Part shown: piece by piece, positions 25,704 to 34,580 of the stretch
How positions within the stretch are numbered: the stretch's first letter is position 1
Layout: each line of letters begins with the position of its first letter
Assembly (NCBI GenBank): GCA_963717135.1
Contig: CAVQVN010000005.1
Span: forward strand, 126,779-190,778
DNA from: an uncultured Actinomycetota bacterium
GTDB lineage: Bacteria > Actinomycetota > Acidimicrobiia > Spongiisociales > UBA4744
DNA length: 64,000 nt
Direction: 5' to 3'
The notes under the pieces: generated by a model
Told to the model about the DNA's origin: nothing
The model's input: the letters and a program-made list of their open reading frames with translations, nothing else
Databases searched by the model: none
Position numbers and translations under genes: made by a program

Positions 25704-27086
25704 TCAGCTCACGGGCTCAAACCGCGCTTGAAAGAACCTCAGTTCGGGCGGTTCGTAGGTGAACTGCAGGCCGTTGATGGTCTCCCGGCCTTCGTAAACG
25801 GACACCACAGACTCCGCCACGACATCCATATGGGCCTGCGTGTAGACCCGCCGGGGAATCGCCATCCGCACCAATTCGAGTTTCGGGTAGTGATGATCGC
25901 CCGTCGCCGGATCACGCCCGGCTGAGACGATTCCTCGCTCCATCCCCCTCACCCCGGCGTCCACATAGAGTGCCGCGGTGAGCGCCTGGGCCGGGAATTG
26001 CTCCTGCGGTAGATGCGGAAGGATCGATGCCGCGTCGAGGAAGATGCCGTGTCCGCCGACGGGTCGAACGATCGGGATCCCGGCTTTGATCAATTTCTCC
26101 CCCAGGTACAACACCTGGCCGACCCGGGCGGCAACATGATCGTCCGTTTCCACCATTTCGCGGATACCGCGAGCCAGGGCTTCCATATCCCGCCCCGACA
26201 TGCCGCCGTAGGTTTGCAGACCTTCGAACGCCACCAACAGTGCCCGGGCCCGGCGGGCCAGTTCCGGGTCACGTAGAGCCAGGAATCCTCCAATGTTGAC
26301 GAGGTTGTCCTTTTTCGAGGAGACCGTCGCCCCATCAGAGTACGAGCAGATCTCTGCCAGGATTTCCTTGATCGACCGGTCGTGATAGCCGCCCTCTCGC
26401 TGCTGAATGAAGTAAGCATTTTCGAGCGCCCGGGTGGCGTCGAGCATGACCAGAATGCCGTGCTGGCGACAGAATTCGAAGACCTCGCGGAAGTTGGCCA
26501 TCGAAGCCGGTTGGCCGCCGGCCAAATTGACGTTCGTCTCAAACGAAACGTAGGGGATCCGCTCGGCGCCGTACTCGTCGACGACCGCTTGCATTTTGGC
26601 CAGGTCGATGTTGCCTTTGAACGGATGTTCGCTGGCGGGTTGGTGGGCTTCGTCGATGATCACATCCACGAAGGATCCACCCGCGTACTCCTGGTGGAAA
26701 CGGGTCGTCGTGAAGTACATGTTGCCGGGGATTACATCGCCCGGCTTGATCAGGATCTGGCTCAGGATGTGCTCGGCGCCACGGCCTTGATGAGTCGGAA
26801 TGAGCTCTTCGTAGCCGTACACCTCGCGCACGGAGTCGACGAGGTGGTAATAGCTCTTCGATCCGGCGTAGGCCTCGTCGCCCAGCATCAGTCCGGCCCA
26901 CTGGTAGTCGGACATCGCCGAGGTTCCCGAGTCGGTGAGCAGGTCGATATAGACATCTTCCGATCTGAGCAGGAACGAGTTGTATCCCGCCTCTCGGATG
27001 GCCTGCTCGCGGTACTCGCGGGTAGTCATGCGGATTGGCTCGACCATCTTGATCTTGTAGGGCTCAGCCCAACTGCGGTTTGACAT
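25704..27086 (-). CDS. beta-eliminating lyase (tyrosine phenol-lyase / tryptophanase family)
   Basis: Start at ATG 27086 (AGGAG upstream); the 85 upstream codons are rejected. AEPYKIKMVEPIRMTTREYRE...YIDLLTDSGTSAMSD...THQGRGAE...SSKKD (PLP lysine)...FTYEPPELRFFQARF is very TPL/TnaA-like. Confidence 0.85.
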   Translation of the reverse strand: MSNRSWAEPYKIKMVEPIRMTTREYREQAIREAGYNSFLLRSEDVYIDLLTDSGTSAMSDYQWAGLMLGDEAYAGSKSYYHLVDSVREVYGYEELIPTHQGRGAEHILSQILIKPGDVIPGNMYFTTTRFHQEYAGGSFVDVIIDEAHQPASEHPFKGNIDLAKMQAVVDEYGAERIPYVSFETNVNLAGGQPASMANFREVFEFCRQHGILVMLDATRALENAYFIQQREGGYHDRSIKEILAEICSYSDGATVSSKKDNLVNIGGFLALRDPELARRARALLVAFEGLQTYGGMSGRDMEALARGIREMVETDDHVAARVGQVLYLGEKLIKAGIPIVRPVGGHGIFLDAASILPHLPQEQFPAQALTAALYVDAGVRGMERGIVSAGRDPATGDHHYPKLELVRMAIPRRVYTQAHMDVVAESVVSVYEGRETINGLQFTYEPPELRFFQARFEPVS

Positions 27087-27157
27087 CGTGACTCCTGCGC
27101 TGCGGTGTCCTCCAAGTCTTGCAGGTCGTAAAGGATGCCGCGGGGGTGTGGAATGGC

Positions 27158-27220
27158 GGGAGGTGGGAAGTAAGAAGTGGGGCGGACGGCAGACAGCCGA
27201 CAGCCGCCAGCCGCCAGCGA
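27158..27220. repeat. heptad array, 9 units in one register
   Basis: GGAGGTG GGAAGTA AGAAGTG GGGCGGA CGGCAGA CAGCCGA CAGCCGC CAGCCGC CAGCGAA. Confidence 0.85.
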
Positions 27221-27560
27221 AAGATTCCCTTCGCAGTCTTGCTTTTCTTTCGCCTACAATGTGCGCACGGCGGTAGACCGATGCCGCTTGGTGAGACAGG
27301 TTCTGAAAAGTTGATTCTTCCCGCCCCTTTCCAATCCCCAACGGCTGCTCGCGGCCCGCGTCCGGATTTCGAGGCCAGTGAAGCTACGCGACTTTCCGGC
27401 ATCCGTCGTCAGGAAAGGAGTGGTTGATGGGTGAAGCGCACCGGGAAACCCGGATGCGTGGTCGAAGACGAAACTACCCAAGTGCTGATATTGGAACACT
27501 CGTGGTCGGCTCTGCACAGATCGGCAGCGAGATGGTGATTGTTGATAGGAAGGTCGAAGG

Positions 27561-27884
27561 ATGAACATCTATGTAGGAAACCTGCCGTGGTCGTACTCGA
27601 ATGAGGACCTCGAGCGTCTATTCGAAGGGCATGGCGTCGTCACGTCGGCCAACGTGATCATGGACCGGGCGACCAACCGTTCGCGGGGTTTCGGTTTCGT
27701 CGAAATGGAATCCGATGAGGATGCCCGCAAGGCGATCCAGGAGCTGGAAGGCACCGATATTGGGGGGCGCAAGCTGACCGTCAACGAAGCTCGCCCGCGC
27801 CAGCCCCGCTCCGGCGGTGGTGGCGGCGGATACAGTGGTGGCGGCGGCGGCTACGGCGGTGGCGGCGGTCGCGACCGTTACTAG
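27561..27884 (+). CDS. RRM-type RNA-binding protein with Gly-rich tail
   Basis: MNIYVGNLPWSYSNEDLERLF (RNP2) and RGFGFVEM (RNP1). C-terminal GGGGGGYSGGGGGYGGGGG. Confidence 0.9.
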   Translation: MNIYVGNLPWSYSNEDLERLFEGHGVVTSANVIMDRATNRSRGFGFVEMESDEDARKAIQELEGTDIGGRKLTVNEARPRQPRSGGGGGGYSGGGGGYGGGGGRDRY

Positions 27885-27907
27885 ATCAAACTGAAGAGAG
27901 GCCACAC

Positions 27908-28534
27908 ATGCTGATGGCCACGGAGGGCTCCTCGCCGGCAGGCAGGGAGCCCTCTTCTATTCGCTATGCCGGCGAACTGCGGATGGCGTTCAGGTTGCTG
28001 AACCGGTTCATGGTTCCGTTGTGGCGCCTGGGGCTGGGCGGTTGGCTGAACTCTTGGCCATCGGTCGGCGGACGGCTGATGGTCCTGGTACATCGCGGAC
28101 GGCGTTCGGGTCGGGAATATCGAACGCCTCTCAACTACGCGATCGTGGATGATCATGTCTATTGCCTGGCGGGATTCGGCGACGCCGCCGACTGGTATCG
28201 CAACGCCCTGGCGGCCTCGGGTGTCGAGGTGTGGCTACCCGACGGATGGTGGGAAGCGGTAGCCGTGGACGTGTCGGACGATCCGCGACGCCTGGCCTTC
28301 ATGAGAGCCGTGCTCATCGGCAGCGGTTTTGCGGCCTACGTAGCCGGAATCAATCCCCGCCGCCTATCTGACCCACAATTGCATGAGAAAACGCGCGACT
28401 ATCGCCTTCTCCGACTTGATCGGACTAACGCCCGCACCGGCCCAGGCGGACCTGGGGACCTGGCCTGGGTTTGGCCGTGGACCACTAGTTTGCTGCTGGT
28501 CTCGGCCTACCGACGCCGACGCCGCGGTTCATAG
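27908..28534 (+). CDS. deazaflavin (F420)-dependent nitroreductase family protein (DDN/DUF385-like)
   Basis: RLLNRFMVPLWRLGLGGW...LVHRGRRSGREYRTPLNY...DWYRN is the PF04075-like pattern. Confidence 0.7.
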   Translation: MLMATEGSSPAGREPSSIRYAGELRMAFRLLNRFMVPLWRLGLGGWLNSWPSVGGRLMVLVHRGRRSGREYRTPLNYAIVDDHVYCLAGFGDAADWYRNALAASGVEVWLPDGWWEAVAVDVSDDPRRLAFMRAVLIGSGFAAYVAGINPRRLSDPQLHEKTRDYRLLRLDRTNARTGPGGPGDLAWVWPWTTSLLLVSAYRRRRRGS

Positions 28535-28710
28535 CAAGGGGCATACGGGCTTTGGCTACTCACATAGGGCCGTTCGGCTCTATACATCCCCGAAGCGAGC
28601 GTGCGATTCTTTGCATGTAACGCGGTCGGGCCGGCCCTCTTTAGGCGGCCGGACCGGCGGAAACTCCCCAACCATCAACCTCCCTCTGAGGGGGGTTTCC
28701 GCGTGGGGGG

Positions 28711-28801
28711 GAAGAAGTACCTCGCACCTGGTACCTAGTACCTAGTACCTAGTACCAAAGAGGCTGCTCGTGGTACTGCGTACTGAGTGCTAGGTAGTGC
28801 C
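28711..28801. repeat. heptad array, 13 units in one register, overlapping the NYN gene stop
   Basis: GAAGAAG TACCTCG CACCTGG TACCTAG TACCTAG TACCTAG TACCAAA GAGGCTG CTCGTGG TACTGCG TACTGAG TGCTAGG TAGTGCC. Confidence 0.9.
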
Positions 28802-29854
28802 GGCCGTCCTCAGTACGTAATCCCCGGCGTCGTCGTCCCACTCGAATTCGATCAGTCCGTGTGTTCGCGCGGCTTTGCAGAATTGCAGGAAGCCTCCGAA
28901 TCCGTAGCGCTTCTCTGAGAAATCCGGTTCCCGTTTGCGAAGCTGATTCTTGAGCCCGGACATGAGCGGATGGCCGTCCTTCTCCAGTTCTGCCACTACC
29001 TCTTGCAGCAAAGCAAAGGCTGCTTCTTCTCCACGCCCTTCGGTGGGGAAACCCACCTCCGGGTCGCCTTTCGCCGCGCCCTCGGTGAGTTCGATGACCT
29101 TCCGTTCTTCGAGATGGTGCAAGAGTTCGCCAAACGCCCGGAAACCGAAATCGGGCTCGCTGAACGTGGGGTCCTTACGTAACAAAGCCCGCTTGACCGA
29201 CGACGCCAGAACCACTCCGCCACTCGTCCGCTGCAATCCGGCCAGGGTCTGGGTGACCAGTTCGGCCAGATCATCGAGGGATGCCGGCCCGGGCGTTTCC
29301 GCTGCCGGAGCCTGAGGCTCGGGGGCGGGAGCCGGTTCGGCGGATCGCTCACGCCGCTTCCGGCGACGCGGAGCATCGACTCCCTCGAGACTGTCGTAGA
29401 AAAGGAATTCGTCGCAGGCGGGCGGCAGCAGCGCCGACGTTGAGCCTTTGATGCCGACTCCAATGACCCGCCGATTGAGTTCTCTCAGTTTGTGCACCAG
29501 CGGGGTGAAATCACTATCGCCGGTGCCGACAACAAAGGTGGTGATGTAGTCCCGCTCGAAAGCCATCTCCAGGGCGTCGACGGCCATCTTGATGTCTGCC
29601 GCGTTTTTGCGGCCCGGGCCCATGCGTTGCGGAATCTCGATCAGTTCCACATGGTGATGGGTCAGGCGTTGTCGATCGTCACTGAAGTAGGACCAATCGG
29701 CGTACGCCCGTCGGACGACCACCCGACCGCGTTCTGCCAGCGCGTCGGCGATCGGCTTCAAGTCGAATTCGAACCCATCCAGGTTGTCGCGCGCCCCGAT
29801 TGCCAGGTTCTCGTAATCAAGGAAGAGGGCGATTCGTTCTTCTTCGGCTGCCAT
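28790..29854 (-). CDS. NYN (LabA-like) nuclease-domain protein with two OST-HTH/LOTUS domains
   Basis: Start at ATG 29854. IALFLDYENL...RRAYADW...KNAADIKMAVDALE...VVGTGDSDFTPLVHKLRELNRRVIGVG is the NYN domain. After a Pro/Ala/Arg linker come two LOTUS-like repeats (...FGFRAFGELLHHLE..., ...YGFGGFLQFCKAA...). Confidence 0.75.
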   Translation of the reverse strand: MAAEEERIALFLDYENLAIGARDNLDGFEFDLKPIADALAERGRVVVRRAYADWSYFSDDRQRLTHHHVELIEIPQRMGPGRKNAADIKMAVDALEMAFERDYITTFVVGTGDSDFTPLVHKLRELNRRVIGVGIKGSTSALLPPACDEFLFYDSLEGVDAPRRRKRRERSAEPAPAPEPQAPAAETPGPASLDDLAELVTQTLAGLQRTSGGVVLASSVKRALLRKDPTFSEPDFGFRAFGELLHHLEERKVIELTEGAAKGDPEVGFPTEGRGEEAAFALLQEVVAELEKDGHPLMSGLKNQLRKREPDFSEKRYGFGGFLQFCKAARTHGLIEFEWDDDAGDYVLRTAGTT

Positions 29855-29954
29855 ATCCGTCAGCGTAGCCGCCGGTGAAAGAGACCTGCCCATTGGGGCC
29901 GGTCGGACGGTCGAAACGGTCTGGTAGGTTGCGTCGAACGACCTCGGGGGGCTC

Positions 29955-30722
29955 ATGACTGATTCCGCGGCGGCCTTTTTTGATCTGGACAGGACGCTGA
30001 TCAGCGGATCTTCGGTGTTCGTGTTCGGGCTGGCCGCGTGGAAATCGGGCCTGGTCCCGACCAGCGATCTCCTCGGTGATGCGCGCAACGCGGTGGGTTT
30101 CCGTCTGACCGGCGCCTCCGACGAAAAGACGGCAGCCGTCCGGGATCGAATTCTGGGAGCGATCGCCGGCACGACGGTTGCCGACCTTCGGGCTCTCGGG
30201 GGTCAAGTCATTCCTCGTCTTCTCAAAGATGTGCGGCTCGAGGCTCGCGGCTTGATCGATTTGCACCATGACGCCGGACGAGATACCTACATCGTCTCCG
30301 CCTCGCCCATTGAAATCGTTGAGGATCTGGCGGCCGCCATGGGTATGACCGGTGGGATCGGGACGGTTGCCGAGACTGTCGACGGTGTTTACACCGGGCG
30401 TCTGGCCCAGCCGTTTTGCTACGGAGAAGGCAAAGCCGAGGCCATCGTGAAACTCGCCGACGAGCGCGGCTACGACTTGCGTCTCTCCTATGCCTACAGC
30501 GACTCGGCCGGCGACCTCCCGTTCCTCGAGAAGGTCGGCCATCCGGTCGCCGTCAACGCCGACCGGGCCCTCCAGTCATTGGCCTACCACCGGGGTTGGC
30601 CGGTGGTCGTTTTCAGCCGCAAGGCCAAACAAGTCATCAGAACAACGACAGCCGCGATGGGGGCGGCCGGCCTGGCCACGGCCACCTTTTTCCTGGGCCG
30701 TCGCCAGGGCCGGCGGGCGTGA
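29955..30722 (+). CDS. HAD-IB family hydrolase (SerB-like)
   Basis: AAFFDLDRTLISGSS (motif I), IVSASP, YSDSAGDLPFLEKVGHPVAVN. Confidence 0.85.
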   Translation: MTDSAAAFFDLDRTLISGSSVFVFGLAAWKSGLVPTSDLLGDARNAVGFRLTGASDEKTAAVRDRILGAIAGTTVADLRALGGQVIPRLLKDVRLEARGLIDLHHDAGRDTYIVSASPIEIVEDLAAAMGMTGGIGTVAETVDGVYTGRLAQPFCYGEGKAEAIVKLADERGYDLRLSYAYSDSAGDLPFLEKVGHPVAVNADRALQSLAYHRGWPVVVFSRKAKQVIRTTTAAMGAAGLATATFFLGRRQGRRA

Positions 30723-30828
30723 GCAATACCATGTCACCAAACCGTTGACCGGCTCGTGAGTGGCCGTTCAGCATGAGCGGATGTAGCGAAGACCCTTCCG
30801 GATACGTGCACGACACAGCTGCCCGTAA

Positions 30829-31761
30829 CTACTCGGACTGAACCCGCGGGTCGATCAGAGCGTGGAGAACGTCCGCGACGAGGCTCGACACGATCACTGT
30901 GAGGGTGACGACCGTCAAGATACCGACCACCAGAGCCTGTTCTTTGAATCTAATGGCGTCAAAAACGACACCGCCCAGTCCGGGGATCTTGAAGACACCC
31001 TCGACAATGATGAGCCCTGAGACGAGCTGACCGGTGCTTGCTGCGATCAGGGTCACGACCGATGCGAGGGCGGGACGAAGGGCGTGAACGCCGACCACCC
31101 GCCGCAATACAATGCCCCGGCCGTGGGCGGCCCGTATATAAGGCTCCCGCAAGTTCGCCGACACCTCGATCTGCGTCAGACGGGCGACATACGCTGTGAA
31201 GGATGCAGCCAGCACCAGGGCGGGGAGAATATAGCCGGACCAACCCCTCGCTGTGAGTCCGTATGCCGGTAGCCAACGAAGCCTGACTCCCAACTCAGCT
31301 TGCACCAAGAACGCTAGGACAAACACCGGAATCGAAATCACCGCTAGGGAAGCCACTCGGATGAGGGTGGCGAGGAAGGAGGCGTTTCGATACGCCGCCA
31401 CTACACCTGCCGTCACGCCGATCAGGGTCTGCGCGACCATCGTGGCCGCCAGAAGGCGCAAGCTGATTGGAAACGCTTCGGCAACAATCGTGGACACTTG
31501 CGCTCCCCGATAAGTCAGACCCCAATCACCACTCACCAATCGACCCACATATCTCAAGTACTGAACGTAGAAGGGTTGGTCAAGCCCGTACTCATGACGA
31601 AGACCGGCGAGCACCTCTGGAGGAGGAGGTCTGAATCCAAACAGCGCCCGAATCGGATCACCAGGGATAAGAAACACCAGCGCGAAAAAGAAGGAAGTGA
31701 CTGCCAGCAGAACCACAACAGTCTGGAGTCCCCGACGGACAAGGAATCTGCCCACATTCAA
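30829..31761 (-). CDS. ABC transporter permease, DppB/OppB-like (orphan)
   Basis: 310 aa. FLVRRGLQTVVVLLAVTSFFFALVFLIPGDP is the canonical DppB N-terminus. No cognate DppC, SBP or ATPase gene is adjacent. Confidence 0.8.
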   Translation of the reverse strand: MNVGRFLVRRGLQTVVVLLAVTSFFFALVFLIPGDPIRALFGFRPPPPEVLAGLRHEYGLDQPFYVQYLRYVGRLVSGDWGLTYRGAQVSTIVAEAFPISLRLLAATMVAQTLIGVTAGVVAAYRNASFLATLIRVASLAVISIPVFVLAFLVQAELGVRLRWLPAYGLTARGWSGYILPALVLAASFTAYVARLTQIEVSANLREPYIRAAHGRGIVLRRVVGVHALRPALASVVTLIAASTGQLVSGLIIVEGVFKIPGLGGVVFDAIRFKEQALVVGILTVVTLTVIVSSLVADVLHALIDPRVQSE

Positions 31762-31816
31762 CCTTCCTTTCTCAAGGCAGCCTACGAGGTAAGGGCGTAA
31801 CGTCCAGCTATCCCGA

Positions 31817-32311
31817 TTGCATTACCCTTCGTCGCCCCATCAGAATGCCGGTGTGATCAATCCTCAACTGCGTCCCATCACCGCGACGGAAGCGTTTCCG
31901 ATGCGCCGTTATCTCCTCCGCCCGATGCTGCCTGCTATGGCTTCAAGATATGCCGGCGATGACCACCCAGAGGCCCTCCATCTGGGAGCGTTCGCCGATT
32001 TGGGAGACGGCGAAGAACTGGTCGGTGTGGTGTCGTTCCTACCCCGAACGGAACAAGGTGAGGCCAGCAACCGAATATTCCAATTGCAGGGAATGGTCAC
32101 CCTGCCGGCCGTCCGTAATCAAGGTATCGGGACCCGGTTGGCCGAGTACGGGTTGGATCTGCTGATCGGGCGGGGCGCCACCCGGATCTGGTGCAATGGA
32201 AGAACCGCCGCCGCCTTGTTCTACCAGCGCCTTGGCTTTTATGCAGTGGGCGACGAGTTCATGACCCCGGGAACCGGACCCCATTACCGATTCGTGAAGG
32301 ATATGAGCTGA
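31817..32311 (+). CDS. GNAT-family N-acetyltransferase
   Basis: LQGMVTLPAVRNQGIGTRLAEYGL (motif A Q/RxxGxG) and FYQRLGF. The start is uncertain (TTG 31817 or GTG 31853). Confidence 0.75.
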   Translation: MHYPSSPHQNAGVINPQLRPITATEAFPMRRYLLRPMLPAMASRYAGDDHPEALHLGAFADLGDGEELVGVVSFLPRTEQGEASNRIFQLQGMVTLPAVRNQGIGTRLAEYGLDLLIGRGATRIWCNGRTAAALFYQRLGFYAVGDEFMTPGTGPHYRFVKDMS

Positions 32312-32435
32312 CCGACGAGTCTTCGAGACCGGGACCGGGCGGAAAGCCACCTCACACCGACGTATTCGCAAGCTCCGACAGTGGAGCGTGGGAATTGATG
32401 GAAGGCATGAGCCGGACTGATGATGTGAGCCCCGG

Positions 32436-34439
32436 TTACCCGGCCATCTCCGCTAGATCACCGGCCTGATAGAACTCGACCAACTCATCAGCCATGGTGC
32501 GAAGGCTGTAGCCGGTCTTCACGAGGCGGCAGGCGGCGTCGCGCCGTACCTCGGAGAACCGAGCTACTTCGGCCCAATGAAGCGCCTTTTGCAGGTTGCG
32601 AACCGAAAGGGTGTCGGCCAGGTATCCGGTGAAGCCGTGATCAACGTAGACGGCCGGTCCGCCCACTTCCGGTGCTACAACCGGCAGGCCCGCGGCTAGC
32701 GCCTCGACTATGGCCAGACCGAATTCCTCCTTGTCACTCGCGCAGGCGTAAATGCCATTCGGTGCGGCAAGGCCGGGAATTCCCATGACGGCGGCGGCCA
32801 AAAGAACTGCCACTTCTTCGTGATTCCGATTCCCAAGCATCAGGAGACCCACTTCCTCAGGTCTCCGCTCGCCCAGCATGGTCCCGATTGTGTCAAGAAC
32901 CCGAAGTTCCTCCCGGCCGGGGTCAACGAGGTTGCCTCCGATTACGGCCAGATTGAACGACTTCTGCAAAGCCGGATCAGTGAGCCACGCTTCCACCAAT
33001 CGGTCGATGCCTTTGATGGGGTGGAGACGGCCGGCCGTGACAATCATCGGCAGACCATGCCTGCCATCCGGGAGGCGCTCGATAGCGCTGCGGAAGTCGG
33101 CCAGCACACCCTGTAGCGGGAGACCGTTCTGAGTGGCTTGCACTTTCCGGCCGGCGCGTTCTGCCACCTGGAAATCCACTCCTTCGGCGATGGATAGGAA
33201 TCGGTCGGGATCGGCCGCGACGTCGATCCCAATCAGATCTCGAAGCTGCTTTGCGTGATCCGGTCGCGGGATGAGGGCCAAACGCCTGGCATGCTCGAGC
33301 ATCCAATCAATCAGCCAAGCCCTGAACACGTAGTGGTGTTCCAGATCAGCGGCTGCGAAATCAGCTCGGCCAAGATGGCCGGATTTCTCGGCAGCGGCAA
33401 TGACTGAGTGAGGATCCGGAGCAAGGGTGAAATAGATTGGAATACCCAGGTCTCGGCCGGCGCGTGCAGCGGCGAAGGTGCCGACATCAGCGAAACGCAG
33501 GTGGAGTGCGTCGAACGGACCCTCGGAAATCAGAAAGTGACGCAATGCGCGTTCCAGGTCCACTCGCCAGGGCCACATCTCCGATGTCGAAAGGTATCGG
33601 GAGGGCCCGAAGTCAAGCCTGGCCAGCGTTCCGTGCCGCCCAATACGCTCCCTGTTTCGGTTGAAGACTCCTTCTGAGGCGGGAAGTCTCCGCGTGATGA
33701 GGAATGCGTCGGCAACGGCGTGATGGTCGGCCAGTTCGCCGGTCAAACCCACCTGCAGGGTGGCCAGTCCGCCTCCGTCACCGGCGCCGGCGGCCGTGAG
33801 ATCGGTATCGACTCTCCCCTGCATCATCACCTGGGCAATTCGCAACCCGGGCGACCTGCGCGTTCCCTGACGCTTCGGCTCGGGTCGCTCGGCCAGCAAT
33901 TGCAGACGAGCGCTCGTCCATGGTCTCGGCGTCGATCGAGGCGCCGCCAACTCGGGTTCCTGTCCGAGCCAGTTCTCCAGGGTCAATTCGGCCATCATCC
34001 GACCAAATCCGCCGTTTTCGGACATTTCTATCAAGTGGGGAACGGCCGGAGCCAAGGGACGGCGGCGGCTCAACGCCCAGGCGGAGTGCTCCCGCAAACC
34101 GGGATGTCCACTTCTCAACAATCGCAACAGTGCTTCGTCGACGATCGGCGAGGCGACCCGGGACGCAGCCTGAAGCGCAAGGTACGCGACCAGGGCATCA
34201 TCCACATGCCGATCGATGATGTCCACCAGCGCTCGGGCAGCGTGGTCGGGCAATGGATGGCGCCGCGCAGAATCAACGAGGGCCGGAAGCGCCCGCAAAC
34301 CATCAAGAACCCCATCGCTGCTGTTCAAAGTCGCGAGAACGGGTTCAAGCCCGGCAACTCCATTGCGCAACGCGGTGACCATTTGTCGTTGTACGGTCCC
34401 ACCGGGAGCTGTGGATGGCGTACCTGTCGCTATCCGCAC
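32436..34439 (-). CDS. GT4-type (sucrose-phosphate-synthase-like) glycosyltransferase with N-terminal HEAT-like repeat region
   Basis: The C-terminal two thirds are GT-B/GT4-like (GGLATLQVGLTGELA..., EEFGLAIVEALAAGLPVVA). The N-terminal ~170 aa is helical-repeat-like. GTG 34439 or ATG 34382. Confidence 0.7.
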   Translation of the reverse strand: MRIATGTPSTAPGGTVQRQMVTALRNGVAGLEPVLATLNSSDGVLDGLRALPALVDSARRHPLPDHAARALVDIIDRHVDDALVAYLALQAASRVASPIVDEALLRLLRSGHPGLREHSAWALSRRRPLAPAVPHLIEMSENGGFGRMMAELTLENWLGQEPELAAPRSTPRPWTSARLQLLAERPEPKRQGTRRSPGLRIAQVMMQGRVDTDLTAAGAGDGGGLATLQVGLTGELADHHAVADAFLITRRLPASEGVFNRNRERIGRHGTLARLDFGPSRYLSTSEMWPWRVDLERALRHFLISEGPFDALHLRFADVGTFAAARAGRDLGIPIYFTLAPDPHSVIAAAEKSGHLGRADFAAADLEHHYVFRAWLIDWMLEHARRLALIPRPDHAKQLRDLIGIDVAADPDRFLSIAEGVDFQVAERAGRKVQATQNGLPLQGVLADFRSAIERLPDGRHGLPMIVTAGRLHPIKGIDRLVEAWLTDPALQKSFNLAVIGGNLVDPGREELRVLDTIGTMLGERRPEEVGLLMLGNRNHEEVAVLLAAAVMGIPGLAAPNGIYACASDKEEFGLAIVEALAAGLPVVAPEVGGPAVYVDHGFTGYLADTLSVRNLQKALHWAEVARFSEVRRDAACRLVKTGYSLRTMADELVEFYQAGDLAEMAG

Positions 34440-34466
34440 TCAAAGGTGCCCTACCATTGCCCGGAT

Positions 34467-34539
34467 GCCCTCGTAGCTCAGGGGATAGAGCAACTGCCTC
34501 CTAAGCAGTAGGTCGCAGGTTCGAATCCTGCCGAGGGCG
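34467..34539 (+). tRNA. tRNA-Arg: tRNA-Arg (anticodon CCT)
   Basis: Hand-folded cloverleaf: GCCCTCG/CGAGGGC acceptor, GCTC/GAGC D stem, ACTGC-CTCCTAA-GCAGT anticodon arm, GCAGG-TTCGAAT-CCTGC T arm, discriminator G. CCA is not encoded. Confidence 0.9.
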
Positions 34540-34580
34540 CCCGGTGAGTCGTCGAACTTGCAGCAACCGAGGAGGATTCC

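Noticed and set aside
27087-27341. 85-codon N-terminal extension of the lyase ORF
   Set aside because: It reads through the heptad array, and lyase homology starts at ATG 27086 with a good SD.
34467-34539. tRNA-Arg or tRNA-Thr (54058-54133) as integration sites of a genomic island
   Set aside because: There is no integrase or recombinase and I found no duplicated tRNA 3' segment in the window. The flanking genes are ordinary metabolic genes of similar composition.
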